Shown: positions 38,149 to 45,365 of the stretch, piece after piece
Numbering within the stretch: position 1 is the stretch's first letter
Layout: every line of letters starts with the position of its first letter
From: Planctomycetota bacterium
GTDB taxonomy: Bacteria; Planctomycetota; JAJSAM01; JAJVHW01
Assembly: GCA_965248445.1 (NCBI GenBank)
Contig: CBDFJG010000004.1
Coordinates: 1,600,001 to 1,664,000, forward strand
Reading direction: 5' to 3'
Length of the DNA: 64,000 nucleotides
Notes under the pieces: generated by a model
Databases searched by the model: none
What the model was told of the DNA's origin: nothing
What the model saw: the letters and a program-made list of their open reading frames with translations, nothing else
Translations under genes and position numbers: made by a program

Positions 38149-38312
38149 CGCTACGCGACCCCCGCGCCACGCCTCGCTCGCTCTAACGCAACAAGTGCAG
38201 CATCGCTGCTCCCGCTACGGAAGCCGTTGTTCACGGCCGCTCCTCGTCCGCTGACACGCGGACTTGGGTCGCGGGCGTTCGCTCGCACCGCTCGGCGCGG
38301 CGCTCCCTCACA

Positions 38313-38333
38313 GGGCGGGGCGCTGCCCCGCCC
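38313..38333 (-). terminator. GC-rich hairpin downstream of the thioredoxin-like gene
   Basis: GGGCGGGGC-GCT-GCCCCGCCC, 9-bp perfect stem, no U tract. Confidence 0.45.
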
Positions 38334-38368
38334 GCGAACTCGTCGGGGACGTCGCGGTGCTCCCGGCG

Positions 38369-38647
38369 CTAGCTGTCGTCTGACAGCTCGGTCAGCACTT
38401 CGTTCGTTCCGGTCACGCTGCGCCGCCCGTTGACGAACAGCACGAGATGCGGCACGCCGCCGATTCCGTGCTGCTTGGCGATGGGAGCCCGCTTCGGATC
38501 GCGAATCACGATCTTGCGCAGGTAGACGTCGTCGTGCTCTCTCGCGTGAGCCTCCAACTGAGGCTTCAACTCCCGGCAGGCGGGTCACCAGTCGGCTACG
38601 TACGCGAACACGGTCCGCCCGTGCGGCACCGCGCACGAGTCGAGCAC
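38369..38647 (-). CDS. Putative selenoprotein thioredoxin (ADW-U-PAC); 5' end uncertain, possibly truncated
   Basis: GCC GAC TGG TGA CCC GCC TGC CGG in frame with track ORF 38369..38569 (GIGGVPHLVLF cis-Pro motif); first in-frame GTG at 38647, no in-frame ATG. Confidence 0.75.
38549..38565 (-). promoter_or_regulatory. Putative SECIS hairpin (AGCCUC-AGUUG-GAGGCU)
   Basis: 6-bp stem; loop begins 25 nt after the UGA. Confidence 0.72.
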
Positions 38648-38805
38648 GAGAGCCTCGCCCTTGCTGATGGTCGCGACGGCGGCGCGGCTGGCCGGGTCCG
38701 CGTCACGACACTCTGCCCGAAGAGGCCGAGGCGCTCGCGACAGTGCTGCGCACGCGTCCCTTGCCGGCCACCGTCGAACTCGTTTCAGAGAGGTAGGGAC
38801 ACACG

Positions 38806-39242
38806 ATGCCGCGACGCGAGTATCGGGCTAGTGACGGCGACAGCGTGCTTGGCGTCGAGTGGTCAGGAAAGTGGGAGGACGTCCGGGTGACGCTCGACGG
38901 GGCGGAGATCGGGCAGATCTCCACGGAGCGCGAACTCGACCGCGGGAAGTCGTTCGAGACCCCATCCGGCGGGAGCGTGCGCGTCAAACTCCTGCGCGGT
39001 ATCGCCGCGAGGGACTTCGAGGTGCGCCTCGACGGGCGGTTGGCCGAGGGCTCGCCCAGCGACGCCGGCTCGCTGGTCAAGCTCTGCGGTGTCGATACGG
39101 CAGCATCAGCGTCAAGGAGATCCTGGTTCATGTCCCGGTGATCGGGCTGTTCACACTAGGCTTCACGGCGATATCGAAGTTGAAGGCGAAACCGGATACG
39201 GCGGCGGCCCGTAGGCGCCGGCGCCGCACCCGACGAACGTAG
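38806..39242 (+). pseudogene. Probable internally deleted or frameshifted hypothetical gene
   Basis: Plausible N-terminal domain (38806-39141) with a hydrophobic tail VPVIGLFTLGFTAISKLK in another frame. Confidence 0.45.
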
Positions 39243-39280
39243 CGCGGGGGTCGCGTAGCGAGCCGCGTGACGCGACGCAG

Positions 39281-41785
39281 TCAGTACTCGAAATCGAGCA
39301 GGTTCTCGATGTCGGTGCGCCAGGCTTCGCCGAACGTCAGGACGAGCAGTTCCTTGATCAGCGCGCTCTCGTCGCTGAGGAGAACTGCCTTGCCGCGTCC
39401 GGCTTCGGCCGTCTCGCGGTAGCGGTCGAAGAACGGGCTGTTCCACGAAGAGAGGTCGTCGCGCTTCTTGCGTGCCTTGATGTCGATCGAGACGCGCTTC
39501 GTGTCGGTGTACAGCGCGTGCAGGACCGCGTTGTTCTCCTTCGTGCAGAACTTCTTGATCGTCGCGATGAACGTGTCGTGGTACTCGGGATGGTGTGGCG
39601 CGTCGCCAGCGTAGACGACGACCTTGTGTGCCTGCGGGCGCCAGTCGAGCTTCTCCATTGCGTTACGCGTCGTCTCGAACACCGCCTCCGGCAGGTCGCC
39701 GCCTTGGCCGTGGACGCAGTTCTGCAGGAAACCCGGAAGCTTCCAAGTGTCGTACGTGAGCGGTGTGCCGTACCAGACGTACGTGTCGCCGTAGTCGCGG
39801 TACGTGAACACCGACACACGAAGACTGGGCAGCAGACCGTTCAGCTCGTGGATGATCTCGCCCGTGCGCTCCTTGGCCGCCCGGATGAGCGCTGCCATCG
39901 AGTACGTCGAGTCGAACAGCAGCGCGATGTCGAGGCCCTTCCACTTGAGGTCGCGCGCGGCTTCGGACAGCTTGCCCGTGATGGCGGCGCGCGCCCGTCC
40001 TCCGCGCTTCGGTAGGGCTCCGTCGCGGCCCTCCCACCACTTCCTCCAGCGCTTGATCGCTCCGGCGCGCTCGTTGCCGGCGCCGTCCGCCTGGAACTCC
40101 TGCGAGGTCTCTCCGATCGTCTGGAGCGCGAGGTTCGCGCGGCGGCGCTGCTCTTCCAGCGCGCTGCCGAGCCCTGCGATCAGTGCTGGTACGGCGTGCG
40201 GTGGGCGGACGGCGTCCAGGCACTCGCGTGCGGCCTTCTCGAGGCGCGGCAGCTTGGTGTCGAGGTAGAGGCCGACGACTTGCCGCGACGGCGTCTCGGC
40301 GAGTTCGAAGTCGCCCGACTGAGTGAGCCGAGCGAGCGCGAGACACGCGTTCGTCCTCACGCCGAAGTCGCGGTCGTGCAGACGACCGACGACCACGTCG
40401 AGGACGTCATCCGGAACAGGATGGTGGGCCAGCGACGCAAGCGCCTGCTCGCGCACGCCGTAGTCCGCATCCTTGAGAGACCTCGCGAGGGCCCGTAGCA
40501 CGCCGTCCTCGGTCGTCCGGTATCGGAGCGTCCGGATCGCCATGACGCGCACCATGTACTTCCCGTCGCGCGTGGCGGTGATCAGGCCGGCGGTCGCCTC
40601 GGGGTGATGGATGCCGTCGAGAGCGCGCAGCGCGCCGATGCGGATCTCGCCGGCCTTGTCTCTGAGCGCCTTTCGCAACGCCTTCGCCGACTCCCCGCCG
40701 CCGATGCGGCCGAGCGCCATCACCGAGTTCTGGCGCACGCCGTGCTGACTGTCGCCGAGTCCCTTTGCGAGCTTGCCGACGAGTTCCGGCAGCGCCGCCC
40801 ACCCAGCGCCGTAGCTGCCCGCCACGCGGACCTCGTTCTTGTTGTGCGAGATCGCAGAGGAGAGTTTCGGGTGCACGACGCCGCTTTCCGCGGCGCGGCG
40901 ACCGAGTCCCTCGGCGGCTCCCATGCGTAGGAACGACTTCTTGCTCCACGGCTTCTTGGCGAGCAGGGCCGCTACGAGGATCTTCTCGGCCTCCTTGGAG
41001 TCCGCGCGCGCGAGCGAGAGTCCGATGAGGTACTGCTCGTAGCGGTCGCCGTTGTCCTCGATGTTGGTCGAGTCGACCCGCACCTCGTCCTTTGTGTCCA
41101 CGAGCTCCTTCACGGCCTTCAGGAGCGTCTCGACGGCGGCCTCGTCGCCGAGGGCGGCAAGTGAGCCGAGCGCTTCGTAGCGAATGTCGAGTTCGTTGTC
41201 CTCCGACAGCGCGCGGAGACGCCCCGCGGCCTTGTCGGTGACGAGTGCGCCGAGCGCGCGCGTCGCGGCGAGACGGACGCCGACGTCCTCCTCCCGCGAG
41301 GCCTCGAGCAGCACTTCGACGGAAGTGGGTGCGCGGATCTCGCCGAGTGCGAGAACGCATTGCCGGCGCAGTTCGATGAACTTCTTCTCCGCGCGGTACG
41401 CGTCGGCGAGGGCCGCCGCTTCCTCCGTACCGCCGACGATTGCGAGGCATGACGCACTGAACGCACGTGTCTCCCAGTCGAGCTCCTCGAGACCGATCAG
41501 CAGGGCGGGGATCGAGTCCTTGCCGTGCACGACCAGATCGTCTCGGAGCGACGACCAAACGCGGAAGTCACGGTCGCGGAATCCGTCCACGAGTGCGATC
41601 GACGCCTTCGCGGAAGCGGGCAGGTTCTCGCGGCGTTCTTCGAGCTCGAGCTTCTTGCGGCGCTCGACGACCGCGGGGTCTTCGGGCTTCTCGCCCTCAG
41701 AGCCCTTCTCGTCCTGCGCGAGTACCGCGGGGGACGAAAGCACGAGGGCTGCGATCAGGGCAATCCGAACGAGTCCATGACGCAT
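39281..41785 (-). CDS. Secreted HEAT-repeat + VWA domain protein
   Basis: Signal peptide; many VRxAAxxALG repeats; DIALLFDSTYSM, YRDYGD, GGDLPEAV, GDAPHH. Confidence 0.9.
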   Translation of the reverse strand: MRHGLVRIALIAALVLSSPAVLAQDEKGSEGEKPEDPAVVERRKKLELEERRENLPASAKASIALVDGFRDRDFRVWSSLRDDLVVHGKDSIPALLIGLEELDWETRAFSASCLAIVGGTEEAAALADAYRAEKKFIELRRQCVLALGEIRAPTSVEVLLEASREEDVGVRLAATRALGALVTDKAAGRLRALSEDNELDIRYEALGSLAALGDEAAVETLLKAVKELVDTKDEVRVDSTNIEDNGDRYEQYLIGLSLARADSKEAEKILVAALLAKKPWSKKSFLRMGAAEGLGRRAAESGVVHPKLSSAISHNKNEVRVAGSYGAGWAALPELVGKLAKGLGDSQHGVRQNSVMALGRIGGGESAKALRKALRDKAGEIRIGALRALDGIHHPEATAGLITATRDGKYMVRVMAIRTLRYRTTEDGVLRALARSLKDADYGVREQALASLAHHPVPDDVLDVVVGRLHDRDFGVRTNACLALARLTQSGDFELAETPSRQVVGLYLDTKLPRLEKAARECLDAVRPPHAVPALIAGLGSALEEQRRRANLALQTIGETSQEFQADGAGNERAGAIKRWRKWWEGRDGALPKRGGRARAAITGKLSEAARDLKWKGLDIALLFDSTYSMAALIRAAKERTGEIIHELNGLLPSLRVSVFTYRDYGDTYVWYGTPLTYDTWKLPGFLQNCVHGQGGDLPEAVFETTRNAMEKLDWRPQAHKVVVYAGDAPHHPEYHDTFIATIKKFCTKENNAVLHALYTDTKRVSIDIKARKKRDDLSSWNSPFFDRYRETAEAGRGKAVLLSDESALIKELLVLTFGEAWRTDIENLLDFEY

Positions 41786-41834
41786 GGTTCCGACTCTACT
41801 GGACAGCCGGTCGGGCGCTGGTGTTCCGCCGGTC

Positions 41835-43052
41835 TCAGAACTCCGTCGTGGTCACAGCGGGTGCGGCCTCGAAGTCGAGCACGAGCGCCAACGCGTCGTT
41901 GTCTCCGTCGCCGTCGGTGTCCACGTCCGCCGCGAGCGCCAGGATCGGTCCGAGGGGCGGGAGGTCGGCGACCTCGGCTTCCGCCGCGGCCGCGAGCAGT
42001 GCCGTCAGCACCTCGACGGGGACCGCGACGCCGATCTGCCCTTCGGCACCGGCCTCCGTGAGGCTGCCGGCGAGCCGTATCAGCGTCGTAACCGGGAGTT
42101 CGACACCGCCGAGGTCGAGGTCCGTTGAGTCCACGGCCACCGAGAACCCGCCCGACTCGAGTGTCCCGGCTGCGCGGGCAAGGGGAAACCCGTCGTCGCC
42201 GAGCAGGGCCGGTAGGACGACGAACTCCTCGGTCCCGGACGCGTTGTCGCCGGTGTCACCGTCCGTGTCGAGCCCCGGTACCACGCCGATCTGGATGAAC
42301 GGATCGTCGGTGAACGAGTCGAGACGCCAGATCTGGAGGAGCGTGACGACTGGGTTTGTGCTGACGAGTTCGTCGAAGAGCATGTTGACGTCCAAGTCGA
42401 GGCCCAATTGGTCGGCGGCCGCGAGGATCGCCGACAGCGAGTTGTCGGAATCGCCGTCCTGGTCCAGGTCGACGCCGCTCTCGGAGAGACCGACAGCCGA
42501 GACGACGAACGTCGCGTTCAGGTCGTCCCCGAATGCCAGCGTTCCGGCCGCGCGCAACGCACGGGAGTTCCACAGGAGCTTGGCAACGACGCTCGGCGAC
42601 AGATCGGCCCGGTGATGCAGACGGCGCACGCGGCGGCGCACTCTCTTCGGGCGGCCCTTCGTGGCGACTTCGTGCAGTTCTTCCAGCGTGTGGTGGATCA
42701 GTGCTTCGAATGCGCCGTTCAGCTTCCGGACCGCCGTGGAGAGGTCACGGTTGTTCGCGAACTTCGCGCGTGTGATCCGTGCGACGCGTGCGGCGATCCG
42801 CGCCTGCTCGGCCGCGGTGGATACTCCCTCGGTGTCCGCGAGCAGCTCGCGAGCGCGCGTCGCACAGCTGAACCGCCGGCGCACCGACGGCGTCTGGCTC
42901 CTCGTCAGGAGCGCTTCTTGGAGATCAACGAGTCGCGCATCGACTGCGCGGATTGCACTTCCGAGTTCGCTGTCGTCCGCGCCGTGTGCCGAAGCGGTGG
43001 TGGAGAGCAGGAGCAGGATCGGAACGGCCGCGAAGGCCAGTGGGATGCGCAT
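41835..43052 (-). CDS. Secreted hypothetical protein, paralog of 43110-44348
   Basis: Signal peptide; basic helical N-half; acidic C-half with DxDxDG motifs. Confidence 0.8.
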   Translation of the reverse strand: MRIPLAFAAVPILLLLSTTASAHGADDSELGSAIRAVDARLVDLQEALLTRSQTPSVRRRFSCATRARELLADTEGVSTAAEQARIAARVARITRAKFANNRDLSTAVRKLNGAFEALIHHTLEELHEVATKGRPKRVRRRVRRLHHRADLSPSVVAKLLWNSRALRAAGTLAFGDDLNATFVVSAVGLSESGVDLDQDGDSDNSLSAILAAADQLGLDLDVNMLFDELVSTNPVVTLLQIWRLDSFTDDPFIQIGVVPGLDTDGDTGDNASGTEEFVVLPALLGDDGFPLARAAGTLESGGFSVAVDSTDLDLGGVELPVTTLIRLAGSLTEAGAEGQIGVAVPVEVLTALLAAAAEAEVADLPPLGPILALAADVDTDGDGDNDALALVLDFEAAPAVTTTEF

Positions 43053-43109
43053 GATGTCACCCGACCCGGGACGTGGGGCGCAGAGCGTAGCACGCCGGCT
43101 GGGGGAGGA

Positions 43110-44348
43110 CTACGGCGCTGCCGGCACAGCCGTTGCGCGCACCGACTCGAAATCGAACGCCATGGAGAGAGCGTCCGCGCTCCCGTTGCCGTCGAGGTCG
43201 ATGTCGGCGGCGTTCGAGATCGCCAACTGGAGAAGAAACGGCACAGCCTGGCCGGTCGCGGTCTCCACGAGATCGAGGAACTCGGCTACCGGGAGGGCGA
43301 CCCCGAACACACCGTTCACCTGCGGCTCGCTGACGGTTCCGATCGCCCGTACGACGCCATCCTCGGGCAGCACGATGCCGCCGATGGTCTGCTCCTGACC
43401 CGTGAAGGTGACGTCGAAGCGACCGTTCGCGAGTGATGCGGCCGTGCGCGCTGACGGATGTCCATCGTCGTCGAGCCCCGGCCCGTACTCGAACTGCTCG
43501 GAGCCGCTGAAGTTGTCACTCGCGTCCGCATCCGTGTCCTGCCCCGAGATCATTCCGATCTCGATGAACGCGTCCTTCTCGAGCGAGTCGAGATTCCAGA
43601 GTTCGAGCAGCGTCACGGTGTCGCCGTTCGACACCGCGTCGGCGAGCACGGCGTCGATGTCGATCTCCTGACCGAAGTTCGCCGCGAGCGCGAGCAGCGT
43701 GGAGAGCGCATTGTCGGGGCTGCCGTCGCCGTCCAAGTCGAGTCCCTCGTCCGATGCGCCGAGCCCGGAGACGACCCACGTTGCCGTCTGCCCGCCGGAG
43801 ACGTACGGTCCGCCGGCCTTCAGCGCCCTTGCGACGAGCTTGTACGCGGCGGCATCGTCCGCCGCGGCCACGGCGAGATCCACGAGTGTCTGGATCTTGT
43901 TCCGGCGCTTCTCCAGACGCTTTCGCGCGCGCCCGGCCTTCTTCCCCGGACTCTGCAGCCCCGGGTTCTGGGTGAGCAGGACGTCGATGGAGCCGATCGC
44001 CGACACGGCAATGTCGTAGTGTGCGTCGCGCGCGGTGCCGACCACGACTTGCAGCTCCTCGTCCGTGCCCTTGAACTTCGACGCGACCTTCGCGACTTTC
44101 GCGCCCGCCTTCGCTTCGTTCGCCACCGACTTGGCGGTCTTGCTCTTCACCAGGAGCCGGCGCAACTGTCCGACCCGGCGTAGCTGCTTCGCCACGTCGC
44201 GCGTCTGCTCGCCTGCGCTCAGCTCGCCCTCGAGTGCCGACAGGCGGGAGTCCAACGGGTCCAGGATGCCGGAGCCGATCGACGCCGCGACTGCCGAGGC
44301 CGTGAACACGACGACCAGGACGATGGTGAGTAGCGATGTGGTTCGCAT
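43110..44348 (-). CDS. Secreted hypothetical protein, paralog of 41835-43052
   Basis: GLDLDGDGSPDNAL vs GVDLDQDGDSDNSL; TLLELW vs TLLQIW; DNFSGSEQF vs DNASGTEEF. Confidence 0.82.
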   Translation of the reverse strand: MRTTSLLTIVLVVVFTASAVAASIGSGILDPLDSRLSALEGELSAGEQTRDVAKQLRRVGQLRRLLVKSKTAKSVANEAKAGAKVAKVASKFKGTDEELQVVVGTARDAHYDIAVSAIGSIDVLLTQNPGLQSPGKKAGRARKRLEKRRNKIQTLVDLAVAAADDAAAYKLVARALKAGGPYVSGGQTATWVVSGLGASDEGLDLDGDGSPDNALSTLLALAANFGQEIDIDAVLADAVSNGDTVTLLELWNLDSLEKDAFIEIGMISGQDTDADASDNFSGSEQFEYGPGLDDDGHPSARTAASLANGRFDVTFTGQEQTIGGIVLPEDGVVRAIGTVSEPQVNGVFGVALPVAEFLDLVETATGQAVPFLLQLAISNAADIDLDGNGSADALSMAFDFESVRATAVPAAP

Positions 44349-44400
44349 TGGAGGGCTCCGTCACGCCGAGCCGTCTGCTCGACGCGGCCTCGGGAGAGTA

Positions 44401-45096
44401 TCAGCCGGCGGCGGCTTTGGGCACGCCGGCCGCCGCCACGGCAGTCAGGAGGGCGTCGAGGTCGCGCCAGTCGGGGAGCACGTGCGTCACTCCCTCCCTG
44501 CGGAGCCGATCGGCGCGGGCGCCGGTCGCACGGCCGACGAGCGGCCAGCCGAGTGCGCGGCAGGTCCGCGCGTCCCACACGGCGTCGCCGACATAGACGA
44601 CGCGCTCGTGCGCGCCACCACGGCTGCGGGCAGCGCGGAGGATCTCCTCGCGTGAAGGACCGTCCTCGGAGAAGGCTCCGGGCATGCCTCGAAGGTCCAG
44701 GCCGGAGTGCCGGACCTTGAGACGCGCCGTGACTTCGAAGCACCCGGTCGCGAGCGCGAGTGGATGACCCGCGTCTGCAAGTGTTGCGATCGCCTGATTG
44801 GCTCCGTCGACCAAGCGGAACGAGGTCCGCGACGACGCGGCATCGGCCTCGAGACGATCCACGAAGGTAGTGCGGAACGAACTGACCTCATGATCCAGCG
44901 GTGCACGGCCGTGCGCCTCTCTCCAGAGCGAGTCGACCAGCCCGGTGTCCGACGCATGTGGGTAGGATTCCCACGTCATGTCGAGTTCGATGTCGCCGAG
45001 GTGCTCGCGGACGGTCGCCACGAACGCGCGGGCGTCCGTGTGGTACGTCTCGGTGAGCGTGCCGTCCAGGTCGAACACGACCAGGGGCAGCGTCAT
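44401..45096 (-). CDS. HAD-family hydrolase
   Basis: VVFDLDGTL, ALATG, VYVGDAVWD. Confidence 0.92.
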   Translation of the reverse strand: MTLPLVVFDLDGTLTETYHTDARAFVATVREHLGDIELDMTWESYPHASDTGLVDSLWREAHGRAPLDHEVSSFRTTFVDRLEADAASSRTSFRLVDGANQAIATLADAGHPLALATGCFEVTARLKVRHSGLDLRGMPGAFSEDGPSREEILRAARSRGGAHERVVYVGDAVWDARTCRALGWPLVGRATGARADRLRREGVTHVLPDWRDLDALLTAVAAAGVPKAAAG

Positions 45097-45323
45097 CTGT
45101 CGCTGCGGATCTCAGCTTCGGCCGCGGCGTACGCATCCGCGGCAGGCGGAGTCGCCTCGGTTGCTCCCGCCGAGTGCTTCAGGTTGCCGACGCGGGACTC
45201 GAGCGCCTTGACGCGCTCGCGCAGATCGTCGCGCTGGTGGTCGAGGCGCACCATCCGCAGGAAGACGAAGACGAACGCCGCCAGCAGCGCGGCCAAGACA
45301 ATCAGCAACCAGGGGTCCGGCAT
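45093..45323 (-). CDS. Small membrane-anchored coiled-coil protein
   Basis: N-terminal TM; ATGA overlap with the HAD gene. Confidence 0.7.
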   Translation of the reverse strand: MPDPWLLIVLAALLAAFVFVFLRMVRLDHQRDDLRERVKALESRVGNLKHSAGATEATPPAADAYAAAEAEIRSDR

Positions 45324-45365
45324 GACGGTCGGATCCTACGCGCCCCCGGAGCAACCCAAGCAGGG

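Larger units (their letters stand above)
38149..39260. repeat. Pair of 23-bp inverted repeats (38149-38171 and 39238-39260), 1 mismatch
   Basis: CGCTACGCGACCCCCGCGC(C/T)ACG. Confidence 0.75.
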
